A stretch of 33,020 nt of DNA, taken from Candidatus Altiarchaeota archaeon (lineage in GTDB: Archaea; Altiarchaeota; Altiarchaeia; IMC4; QMZM01). Below the pieces are notes generated by a model, which was not told the origin of the DNA, did not search any database, and was given only the letters and a program-made list of their open reading frames with translations. The stretch covers positions 1 through 33,020 of the forward strand of contig JAHIKS010000142.1 in the NCBI GenBank assembly GCA_018897475.1. Reading direction: 5' to 3'. Shown here piece after piece: positions 1 through 8,231 of the stretch. Every line of letters begins with the position of its first letter. Position 1 is the stretch's first letter. The position numbers and the translations under genes are program-made.

Positions 1-891
1 ACTGAGAACAATTCTTGAGTCTTGGGGATTATAAGCAAATTGTAAGTTACAGCCGCCCAATACGCCAATAGCGTCAACGATCCTATAAGACATATCCTGG
101 TATTTCTTCTGCACTTCTTTTGAAACAGTAAGCATTGGCGCGACACAAAAGCTATCCCCGGTATGCACCCCCATCGGGTCAACATTTTCAATAAAACAAA
201 CTGTGATCTTGTTCCCCTTTGTGTCCCTAACCACTTCAAGCTCAAGTTCCTCCCAACCTAATACCGATTCCTCTACAAGCACCTGACCTATTGGACTTAC
301 TGATAATCCCCTGGCAACAATTATTCTCAATTCTTCTACGTTATAAGCTATGCCTCCGCCTGTTCCTCCCATAGTATATGCAGGCCTTAGAACCACAGGA
401 TATTGAAGCTCTTGAGCTATTCTTTCTGCCTCCTCAACAGAATATGCAGGTGAACTTTTAGGTACAGGAATATCGAGTTTAGCCATTGTCTCTTTAAAGG
501 TAATCCTGTCTTCACCTCGTTGTATAGCGTCTTGCTTTACACCAATCAACTCCACATTATATTTATCTAATATCCCCCTTTTGCTAAGTTCAGATGAAAG
601 ATTAAGCCCGGTCTGGCCGCCAAGGTTGGGAAGTAATGCATCTGGCCTTTCCTTGATAATTATCTTTTCCATATTCTCAATGGTAAGCGGTTCAATATAG
701 GTTTTGTCAGCCATTTGAGGGTCAGTCATGATAGTTGCAGGATTGGAATTCACCAGCACCACCCCATATCCTTCCTCTTTAAGAGCCTTGCAGGCCTGGG
801 TTCCTGAATAATCAAATTCACACGCCTGGCCAATAATAATAGGTCCAGAGCCAATAACCATTATCTTTTTAATGTCATCTCTTTTAGGCAT
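1..891 (-). CDS. carB: carbamoyl-phosphate synthase large subunit, N-terminal part (gene runs off the left edge of the window)
   Basis: My own minus-strand translation from the ATG at 891 gives MPKRDDIKKIMVIGSGPIIIGQACEFDYSGTQACKALKEEGYGVVLVNSNPATIMTD..., the classic CarB ATP-grasp N-terminus. The frame stays open to position 1. It is absent from the ORF track because it is truncated by the window edge. Confidence 0.9.
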   Translation of the reverse strand, partial: MPKRDDIKKIMVIGSGPIIIGQACEFDYSGTQACKALKEEGYGVVLVNSNPATIMTDPQMADKTYIEPLTIENMEKIIIKERPDALLPNLGGQTGLNLSSELSKRGILDKYNVELIGVKQDAIQRGEDRITFKETMAKLDIPVPKSSPAYSVEEAERIAQELQYPVVLRPAYTMGGTGGGIAYNVEELRIIVARGLSVSPIGQVLVEESVLGWEELELEVVRDTKGNKITVCFIENVDPMGVHTGDSFCVAPMLTVSKEVQKKYQDMSYRIVDAIGVLGGCNLQFAYNPQDSRIVLS

Positions 892-915
892 TTTACCCCC
901 CCTCTTTTATCTAGC

Positions 916-2796
916 TCATTGGCACCATACATTCGGTACTATATAATCTCCATGTTTTACTTTTGCATCTTCTAGTCTTTGTTTCTGTTCTTCGAGAACC
1001 TTAAGCAGAATATCTGGCGCATCAGACACCTTTGTTTTATAGATTTTAGTGATCCTTTCTATTTTTGCAAGATTCTCTGGAATCCTTAATGTAAATTGTC
1101 TTACATAATCTTCTTCAGTGTAATCCTTGTCAAGAACCTTCTTAAACAATCTCTTAAGGTCTTCAAAGTTGGGAATATAACCTGTTGGTGTTTTGATTGC
1201 CTCTACATCATCATGGACACGAAGCTCCATCCACTTAAGCCAGACACGTTTATCCTCCATCCCGGTTATGTAGCCTCCATCTTTATCTTTTAAAAAATAG
1301 TTGACAGCAAAGATAGAGGGGGAATTATCTAAATCTTCACCAAACTCAAGATGGTTATTGATATATCTGCCCATAGGAATTGATAGAAAATCGAGGTTTG
1401 ACATGGGGTTGAACATTCTTACTCCCTCCTGCCCCGGGGTCGCTGCTGTGGTTTCTGATTCCAATGCTGCGCCCATCGTCAATACCCCATGATTCCAATC
1501 AAATGCCTGTTGAACAGGAACCCAGGTATCTGAGTCCCTCCCCCCATAGACTATTCCATTTATCTCTACGCCCTGAGGATCGTCTAATTTAGGGTCACAA
1601 TTTTTAAGAGTATAAAGGCTAACTGTATATCCTGCGTTCTTATGGGTATGGAGTATCTCATTACCCTCTGAATCCTTTTCCCCTTTAAACCACTCTCCAG
1701 AGTAGTTAATTCCTTTTTCTGGTATCTTTCTTCCGTCTCCAAGCCAGTAAGGAATTCCGTATCCAGTTACAAGGACATTAGAAAAGATTACCTCTCCTGG
1801 GAAAATGAGGGCCTTCCAGATTAAGGGGTCATCCCCTGAATTCACATCTTTAATAATTCCAAATATCCCACATTCTGTATTGGCTGCATAAACCTTTCCA
1901 TCACTCTTTCTCAAATAGGCTATATCATCTCCAATAACGGTTTCGTCTTTCACCATACAAGTTGAGGTCTTGCCACAGAAACTGGGAAAGGCACCTGTAA
2001 AATAAGTTTTCCTTCCATTTGGGCCGTGAACACCCAGGATAAACATATGTTCAGCCAGCCAGCCCTCCTGGGAAGCCTTATGAATGGCCAACTGAAGAGA
2101 AAGCTTCTTAAACCCCACTGTATTTCCAGCATACTGGGTATTTGTGCTGTAAACAACATAACCCTCTAAGTCTATGTATATTCTGCGTTTATCAATGTTT
2201 TTACTTACTCCATTTTCCAGAACACCTGCACTATGAACAACCTTGAAGACTCTCTCGCTCTTTTCAATTCTTTTGAATTCTTCATACCCACTTCTATAAA
2301 GAATACCCTCTGAGTGGGCGACATAAGCCGAATCAGTTAACTGAACAGCAGGAATGGAGAATTCAGAGTTCGTTGGTCCAAGGCAGAAGAAGCAAACATA
2401 CATCTCTTTTCCTTCCATAATGTTTTTCGAATATTCATGCACTTCTCTAAGACCTTCTTCTCTATCTATAGCATTGACATTAGGACCTAAATTTACATCA
2501 GGAGGAAGGAGGTACTTGGTATTCTCTTTATCTCTTGCCTGATCGTAATAGCCATCAAAATGGGCTGTATGGCCTTCAGTTGCGAGTTTTTTCTCCTCTC
2601 CATTTTCCAGTGCCTTATTTCTGATATATCGAGCATCCTCGAGAGAATCAGTCCGGACAAAAACAGAGGCAGGATTACAATGTTTCACATATTCTACCAC
2701 AAATTCATTAAGCGCCGGATTGTTTAGCGCCATCAACTTTTCGTAGTTTTCTATTCCACACTTGCTTTTAAGCAATTTCACATATTCTTCCCCCAT
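916..2796 (-). CDS. pckG: GTP-dependent phosphoenolpyruvate carboxykinase
   Basis: 626-aa ORF with a kinase-1a-like motif FPSFCGKTS. Length and overall pattern match GTP-type PEPCK (..YVCFFCLGP.., ..GGRDSDTWVPV..). Confidence 0.9.
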   Translation of the reverse strand: MGEEYVKLLKSKCGIENYEKLMALNNPALNEFVVEYVKHCNPASVFVRTDSLEDARYIRNKALENGEEKKLATEGHTAHFDGYYDQARDKENTKYLLPPDVNLGPNVNAIDREEGLREVHEYSKNIMEGKEMYVCFFCLGPTNSEFSIPAVQLTDSAYVAHSEGILYRSGYEEFKRIEKSERVFKVVHSAGVLENGVSKNIDKRRIYIDLEGYVVYSTNTQYAGNTVGFKKLSLQLAIHKASQEGWLAEHMFILGVHGPNGRKTYFTGAFPSFCGKTSTCMVKDETVIGDDIAYLRKSDGKVYAANTECGIFGIIKDVNSGDDPLIWKALIFPGEVIFSNVLVTGYGIPYWLGDGRKIPEKGINYSGEWFKGEKDSEGNEILHTHKNAGYTVSLYTLKNCDPKLDDPQGVEINGIVYGGRDSDTWVPVQQAFDWNHGVLTMGAALESETTAATPGQEGVRMFNPMSNLDFLSIPMGRYINNHLEFGEDLDNSPSIFAVNYFLKDKDGGYITGMEDKRVWLKWMELRVHDDVEAIKTPTGYIPNFEDLKRLFKKVLDKDYTEEDYVRQFTLRIPENLAKIERITKIYKTKVSDAPDILLKVLEEQKQRLEDAKVKHGDYIVPNVWCQ

Positions 2797-2824
2797 TGTA
2801 TTCCCCCCACCATTTTATCATAAA

Positions 2825-4105
2825 TTAATGTTGCCATTTCTCAAGCGCTATTTTTAGTTCCTCATGATTTCTGGCGTATTCTCCCAAATCGATGCCATCA
2901 AGCACGCTTTCTACTGCTTGTCTTACTGCAATGGCTCCGGTTCGTGTTCCATGTGGATGTGCATGGATACCACCACCAAACTGCATGATAATATCCTTGC
3001 CAAGAATCCTTACTAAGTCTGGGACATGGCCTGGATGCAGTCCACCAGATGCTACAGGAAACACTGGGTTAATGCCGTGCCACTTCTGATGGAGGATGCA
3101 TGTTCTCTTGCTTTCCTCTACTTCCCGCAGAATGATTTCATCTTTTATGGAAACCACTTCTTCTATGCTTCCGTGCATCTTTCCCACAACTGTTCCAATG
3201 TGTAACTGGTCCAGTCCTATAAGCCTGACGAGTTTGGCAATAACCAGCATTGAGACACCATGTCTCGGGTTCCTCGTTAATGCTGAGTGCATGCACCGGT
3301 GTGCATGTAAAATAAGGTTCAATGATTCATTAGCCTCCCTCAAAGTCTGCAGAGCAGTCCAGCCCACAGGGATGATGTCTATCATAATGTATTCTCCACC
3401 AAGTTTCTTAATAAATTTCGCCCTCCGTAGCATCTCCTGGCAGGTTGGTGCTGTTATGTTGCACATGTACACCTTCTTTTCTCCGGTTTCTTTCTCTGCC
3501 TTATCTCTTGCCTCTAACGTTAATTTTGCTCTCTTCTCAAATTGGTTGAATTTCTGGTTGGTCAGATTTTCATCATCCTTCACTATGTCACAGCCACCAA
3601 TCCAAGCGTTATATGCGACCTCAGCGTGTTTTTCCGTTACTAAACCAACCTTTGGCTTCACTATTGTTCCGACCAACGGCCTGTCCCTGATTTTCAGCAG
3701 TTTCCTCACACCTTGTAAACCAAACTTCGGACCCTTAAACTGGCTTACAACTTCTTTTGGAAATGAAATATCCTGCAATCTCAGGTTGTTCAGCAATTTC
3801 ATGCTGAATATGTTTCCTGCAATACTGCTCAATATCTGGGGAATGCTTCCCACCTCAAATAGTTCAGAAGAGTATGCGATCTTGATTTCACCAGTTTTTT
3901 CGTTTATTTCGAAGACATGCGGCTTCAGTCTTTCAGCGATTTCCGGGCTCAAAGTCGAAATGTCAGACCACGTGTCGATAGATGATTCTCCAGCAATGTT
4001 CGTGCATGCCTTCTTAAAACTAACCCCTTTGCTCGGCTCAATATAGTATAAACACACTAATTCATCCTCGTTTGGCTCATATTCCAAATCAATGTATTCC
4101 AGCAT
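2825..4105 (-). CDS. rbcL: ribulose-1,5-bisphosphate carboxylase/oxygenase large subunit, archaeal form III-like
   Basis: 426 aa with RuBisCO active-site motifs: GGCDIVKDDENL (carbamylated Lys plus Asp/Glu metal ligands), LHAHRCMHSA, ASGGLHPG, GGGIHAHPHG and N-domain GESSIDTW / GNIFSMK. No small subunit gene is adjacent. Confidence 0.88.
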   Translation of the reverse strand: MLEYIDLEYEPNEDELVCLYYIEPSKGVSFKKACTNIAGESSIDTWSDISTLSPEIAERLKPHVFEINEKTGEIKIAYSSELFEVGSIPQILSSIAGNIFSMKLLNNLRLQDISFPKEVVSQFKGPKFGLQGVRKLLKIRDRPLVGTIVKPKVGLVTEKHAEVAYNAWIGGCDIVKDDENLTNQKFNQFEKRAKLTLEARDKAEKETGEKKVYMCNITAPTCQEMLRRAKFIKKLGGEYIMIDIIPVGWTALQTLREANESLNLILHAHRCMHSALTRNPRHGVSMLVIAKLVRLIGLDQLHIGTVVGKMHGSIEEVVSIKDEIILREVEESKRTCILHQKWHGINPVFPVASGGLHPGHVPDLVRILGKDIIMQFGGGIHAHPHGTRTGAIAVRQAVESVLDGIDLGEYARNHEELKIALEKWQH

Positions 4106-4106
4106 T

Positions 4107-4880
4107 TTAACCTCCTTTCTCAGACAGGTTCTCCCATATTAAATCGAATAGGTCTTCTTGGAATTTGGCGTATCTGCCTCCGAGCATGATTCCTGTGTCA
4201 TTGCCTTCCAGTTCAGTGTCGTCTGGTACAGGTTCAAATAATAAAACCTGTTTTCTGTCGAAAGACATCATCCTCACATTTATCTTGTCTCCATCCAGGT
4301 GTCGCACATCCATGTACTTCCTGAACTCTTGTATATACTCGCTTGTAAGTTTCGTGATTGGAACTATCAGCCTTATCCTAACACCTCTTTCATGGGATTT
4401 CTTGCATAACTCTCTGTGCGTCTTCCAGAGACGTATTGCACCGTTTTCTGTCTTTATGATGTAGATATGTTTTTTCGCTGATTGCATCATACGCTCGAGT
4501 TCAGTGTACACATTTCCTCGTCCCTCAACAGACCAAATCAATTCTGTTGGTTTCGGGTATTTCCCCCCGCTATCCTCTAACTTATGTATTAACTTGCTCT
4601 CTGTTGTCTGTAGCTCGTCTGTTTTGTGTTTTACAAATTTTTTTATTGCTTGCTTTGGCTTTGTTGATTTGTAGAATACAGGCCTTCCGGGTTTTTCCAA
4701 GACAAACCCTTTTCTCTCCAGATTATCGAGTACAGAATATATTTTTGGTGTTGGGATGTTGCTGTACTTGGCGACTTGTTTTGCATTCAACATCCCCCAC
4801 TTAACCAGCGAGAAATAGGCCGCAGCTTCGTACGAGTTTAATCCAATCTTCTTGAAGTACTCTACAGTTTCACTGTCCAT
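4107..4880 (-). CDS. TrmB-family transcriptional regulator (N-terminal winged helix plus C-terminal TrmB-like domain)
   Basis: 257 aa. The N-terminus, FKKIGLNSYEAAAYFSLVKWGMLNAKQVAKYSNIPTPKIYSVLDNLERKGFV, is the typical TrmB/MarR-like wHTH. The stop lies 1 nt before the rbcL ATG, and a GGAGGT for rbcL sits inside its 3' end. Confidence 0.75.
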   Translation of the reverse strand: MDSETVEYFKKIGLNSYEAAAYFSLVKWGMLNAKQVAKYSNIPTPKIYSVLDNLERKGFVLEKPGRPVFYKSTKPKQAIKKFVKHKTDELQTTESKLIHKLEDSGGKYPKPTELIWSVEGRGNVYTELERMMQSAKKHIYIIKTENGAIRLWKTHRELCKKSHERGVRIRLIVPITKLTSEYIQEFRKYMDVRHLDGDKINVRMMSFDRKQVLLFEPVPDDTELEGNDTGIMLGGRYAKFQEDLFDLIWENLSEKGG

Positions 4881-4909
4881 GATTATTTATACAGCTAATC
4901 ATATAAATA

Positions 4910-4930
4910 TTAACTACTAGTAGTAGTTAA
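4910..4930. promoter_or_regulatory. perfect 10-1-10 palindrome TTAACTACTA-G-TAGTAGTTAA with a TACT-N3-AGTA core; candidate TrmB-family operator in a divergent promoter
   Basis: Read directly from the sequence. It lies between the trmB-like start (4880, minus) and the 4951/5096 plus-strand starts. TATA-like A/T boxes flank it at about 4895-4912. Confidence 0.55.
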
Positions 4931-4950
4931 AAAATGGTGAGGGTGTTGAA

Positions 4951-5094
4951 ATGGCAAATAATATGGTAGAGGAAATATTGCAAGAACATCTCGTTGAAGG
5001 AGAATATGGAGAAGGTAAAGAGATAGGGGGTATTCCAAGGCCTTGGGATGATATACTCCATATGATGTCTGATAAGCCCGAGGAGGTGAAATAA
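4951..5094 (+). pseudogene. 47-codon micro-ORF resembling the N-terminus of an aconitase/IPM-isomerase large subunit; probable gene relic or upstream coupled micro-ORF
   Basis: My own translation is MANNMVEEILQEHLVEGEYGEGKEIGGIPRPWDDILHMMSDKPEEVK*. The EEIL.EHLVEGE...G.EI pattern matches the start of aconitase-family proteins. The stop is 1 nt before the icd ATG, and a GGAGGTG SD for icd sits inside its 3' end. Confidence 0.35.
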
Positions 5095-5095
5095 A

Positions 5096-6298
5096 ATGAC
5101 GGAAAATAATGAGGCGATTGAAAAAGCAAAGGAACATTTTGGAGAAATTGTTAAGGAACAACTTGAGCGTGTTGAAGTTATGAAGTCTTGGCAAGATTGG
5201 ATAGATTATAAAGAATTGGACCCGATTATAATCGGTGTTGTGGGTGGTGATGGTATCGGACCTATGATCTGTGAGCATGCAAAAAATGTACTTGAATTCT
5301 TACTTAAAGATGAGGTGGAAAAGGGGAGGATAGAATTCAGGGTGATAGAGGGTTTAACCATAGAGAACCGTGCTAAGGTAGTAAAGGCGATCCCTGATGA
5401 TGTTCTTGAAGAAATAAAGAAATGTCATGTAATACTCAAGGGACCGACCACCACTCCTAAAACAGGAGATCCTTGGCCGAATATTGAGAGTGCTAATGTA
5501 TCAATGAGACGTGAACTTGATTTATTTGCTTGCGTGCGTCCTGTGAAAGTGCCTGAAAAAGGCATAGATTGGATGTTTTTCAGAGAGAACACAGAAGGGG
5601 CTTATGTTCTTGGAAGCAAAGGTGTTGATGTTACCGATGATCTAGCAATTGATTTCAAGGTGATCACGACCCAGGGCTCTGATAGGATTATTCGCCTTGC
5701 TTTTGATTATGCAAAGAAAAACAACATAAACCGGGTTACTGTCGTGACTAAAGCAAATGTTGTTAAAACAACAGACGGTAAATTCCTTCAAGTTGCTGAA
5801 AAAGTGGCAAAAGATTACCCTGAGGTTGAATGGGATGACTGGTTCATTGATATTATGGCCGCTAAACTTATTGATCCTGCAAGAGCAAGTCAATTCAGGG
5901 TGGTTGTAATGCCAAACCTTTATGGCGATATTCTAACGGACGAAGCAGCTCAGATACAGGGCGGTGTTGGAACAGCCGGAAGTGCAAACATTGGAAAACG
6001 CTACGCCATGTTTGAGGCTATCCACGGCACTGCGCCTAGAATGGTCGAGGAAGGAAGATCTCAGTACGCTGATCCCTCGAGTATGATCAAGTGTGGAGCC
6101 ATGCTTTTGAACCATATAGGTTACAATGAGGAATCCAAGAGGTTGGATATGGCACTTGAAATATGCAGCCAGTACGAGCGCAAAATCAAACTAACTGGAA
6201 GATCAGATGGAGCGACCGGGGAGGAATACGCTCAATATATTATGGATAGAGTGAAAGACCCAGATCTGGAAAATAAATGGCAAAAATATCAAGAGTAG
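5096..6298 (+). CDS. icd: isocitrate dehydrogenase (beta-decarboxylating dehydrogenase family; ICDH-like substrate motif)
   Basis: 400 aa with GGDGIGP, KGPTTTP, IESANVSMRRELDLFACVRP (the S-x-N pattern of ICDH rather than IPMDH), NLYGDILTDEAAQ and HGTAP. Confidence 0.8.
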   Translation: MTENNEAIEKAKEHFGEIVKEQLERVEVMKSWQDWIDYKELDPIIIGVVGGDGIGPMICEHAKNVLEFLLKDEVEKGRIEFRVIEGLTIENRAKVVKAIPDDVLEEIKKCHVILKGPTTTPKTGDPWPNIESANVSMRRELDLFACVRPVKVPEKGIDWMFFRENTEGAYVLGSKGVDVTDDLAIDFKVITTQGSDRIIRLAFDYAKKNNINRVTVVTKANVVKTTDGKFLQVAEKVAKDYPEVEWDDWFIDIMAAKLIDPARASQFRVVVMPNLYGDILTDEAAQIQGGVGTAGSANIGKRYAMFEAIHGTAPRMVEEGRSQYADPSSMIKCGAMLLNHIGYNEESKRLDMALEICSQYERKIKLTGRSDGATGEEYAQYIMDRVKDPDLENKWQKYQE

Positions 6299-6401
6299 AT
6301 AATTACTCTTGAATTTTATTAATTATTTTTTGAATTTAGTTTTTTATTGTATGGTGAATAAATAAGAATATTAAAATATAATCAACAGTTGTTATAAAAA
6401 T

Positions 6402-7655
6402 ATGAGAATTATGAAAAAGAAAAAGAACTCAAAGGACGCCCAAAAAATAATGAACAAACAAGCCCTTTCATATCATTCACAGGGAAAACCAGGAAAAATA
6501 GAAATAAACCCAACTAAACCAATCAAAAACCAAAACGATCTAAGCCTTGCATACACGCCTGGAGTGGCTGCGCCATGCAAAGAAATAGCTAAAAAAGAAA
6601 ACAAAATCTTTGATTACACAGCTAAAGGAAATATGGTAGCTGTGGTAACCGACGGCAGCGCAGTCCTAGGATTAGGAAATATAGGGGCAAAAGCTGCCTT
6701 ACCTGTTATGGAAGGAAAAGCCGTCTTGTTCAAAAAATTTGCAGACGTTGATGCATTCCCGATATGTTTGGATTCCCAGAAAACAGAGGAAATAATAAAA
6801 ACAACAAAACTCATATCGCCCGGATTTGGAGGAATAAACCTGGAAGATATTTCAGCTCCCCGATGCTTCGAGGTCGAAAAAAGACTGAAGAAGGAGCTAG
6901 ACATACCTGTTTTTCACGATGATCAAGACGGAACAGCGATCATTACCCTAGCAGGATTATATAACTGCCTGGAATTAATTGGAAAAAAAATAGATAAAAT
7001 AAAAATAGTATTCAATGGAGCCGGAGCAGCAGGCATAGCATGCGCAAAAATCTGTCGAACAGCCGGAGCAAAAAATTTAATAATGTGCGACAGTTCAGGC
7101 ACCATCTACAAAGGAAGAAAAGAAAACATGAATCCCTATAAAAAAAGGTATGCGACAGAGACGCAAGACAGAACTTTAGCAGAGGCTATGCAGAACGCTG
7201 ATGTTTTTATCGGAGTAAGTGTGGGCAAATGTGTCACCCAAAAAATGGTCAAGTCAATGGCTTCCAATCCCGTTATTTTTGCTATGTCCAATCCCATACC
7301 TGAGATATTGCCGGAGGATGCCTTTAAGGCAAGAGATGATGTGGTTATGGCTACTGGAAGATCAGATTACCCAAACCAAGTAAATAACGTGCTTGGATTT
7401 CCATTCATATTCCGAGGGGCTTTAGACGTCAAAGCAACCGAAATAAACGAAGAAATGAAATTAGCAGCATCCAAGGCATTAGCGGCCTTAACTAAGGAAC
7501 CGGTGCCTGATTATGTTCTGAAAGCATACAATTTGAAAAAGCTGGAATTCGGCAGAGAATATATCCTACCTAAACCAATTGATAAGCGGCTAAAAAAATG
7601 GGTTTCAGGTGCAGTGGCCGAAGCGGCCATCAAATCAGGGGTGGCTAGAAAATGA
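6402..7655 (+). CDS. NAD(P)-dependent malic enzyme (short, approx. 400-aa type); the true start may be the ATG at 6450
   Basis: Contains ALSYHSQGKPGKIEINPTKP...DLSLAYTPGVAAPC, VTDGSAVLGLGNIG, GGINLEDISAPRCF and FNGAGAAGIA, which are hallmarks of the prokaryotic malic enzyme family. Confidence 0.85.
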   Translation: MRIMKKKKNSKDAQKIMNKQALSYHSQGKPGKIEINPTKPIKNQNDLSLAYTPGVAAPCKEIAKKENKIFDYTAKGNMVAVVTDGSAVLGLGNIGAKAALPVMEGKAVLFKKFADVDAFPICLDSQKTEEIIKTTKLISPGFGGINLEDISAPRCFEVEKRLKKELDIPVFHDDQDGTAIITLAGLYNCLELIGKKIDKIKIVFNGAGAAGIACAKICRTAGAKNLIMCDSSGTIYKGRKENMNPYKKRYATETQDRTLAEAMQNADVFIGVSVGKCVTQKMVKSMASNPVIFAMSNPIPEILPEDAFKARDDVVMATGRSDYPNQVNNVLGFPFIFRGALDVKATEINEEMKLAASKALAALTKEPVPDYVLKAYNLKKLEFGREYILPKPIDKRLKKWVSGAVAEAAIKSGVARK

Positions 7656-7659
7656 AAAA

Positions 7660-8052
7660 ATGATCGATACTGTCGCATTAACGTATAAAAAGGTAGCTTG
7701 CAAGAAATATGCCGCAAAATTTCAGAAGAGAAATTATTTCATATATTCATCAATAAAAAGCATCTTATCTCTCTATGCACTACCCAATCATCTAGAGGAG
7801 CTAGTTACGGATTTTCTTGTTTCGGAGGCAGTCACAGAATACAAAAACATCAAAGATATCTGGAGAGCTAATTGTGAACTATGGGTTGAATTAGAAGAAT
7901 ATGCGTGTGACTTGAAGGCAGAACTTCGAAGCTCGGGCTGTAGTGGCATCACTGTCCAAAAAATTGCTGAAGTTGTTGATTCAAAACAAGAATTCAACAA
8001 AGAGGCGATACTAGAATCATTGAATTATTTTTCCAGCGTAACTACCCTATGA
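7660..8052 (+). CDS. hypothetical protein (AT-rich, no recognisable family); possibly the 5' part of a frameshifted gene
   Basis: This is the ORF-track entry 7609..8052 trimmed to the first ATG after the malic enzyme stop (MIDTVALTYKK...). I recognise no motif. Confidence 0.4.
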   Translation: MIDTVALTYKKVACKKYAAKFQKRNYFIYSSIKSILSLYALPNHLEELVTDFLVSEAVTEYKNIKDIWRANCELWVELEEYACDLKAELRSSGCSGITVQKIAEVVDSKQEFNKEAILESLNYFSSVTTL

Positions 8053-8209
8053 TGTTAAATTCAAGAACAAGGAGGAGGCGCAGGAGATACTTGAGCCTAT
8101 CAGGTACTCAAATGTTCACACACAGAAGCCCGTTACAGAAGACGAATTACTTTTCATAGCTAAATATCCCAAGCAGGCTAAGAAGATTATGACAGTACAA
8201 CCGCCGTAA
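8042..8209 (+). pseudogene. out-of-frame (+1) coding-like continuation of the 7660..8052 ORF, with no start codon of its own
   Basis: My own translation is LPYDVKFKNKEEAQEILEPIRYSNVHTQKPVTEDELLFIAKYPKQAKKIMTVQPP*. It has protein-like composition, is open only from 8042, and has no in-frame ATG/GTG/TTG near its beginning. Confidence 0.25.
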
Positions 8210-8231
8210 TGTAGACTAAGAAAGAGTAAAA

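Noticed and set aside
3096-4046. 316-aa plus-strand ORF antisense to rbcL, and similar long antisense ORFs (10704..11369, 9901..10377, 21621..22118, 21997..22515, 30286..31005, 24721..25131)
   Set aside because: Each overlaps a strongly supported gene on the other strand, has a low-complexity or odd composition, and matches no recognisable family. These are shadow ORFs.
6385-6394. AACAGTTGTT near-palindrome just upstream of the malic enzyme start as a second operator
   Set aside because: It is only an 8/10 palindrome in very AT-rich sequence and has no similarity to the 4910-4930 site. This is too weak to call.
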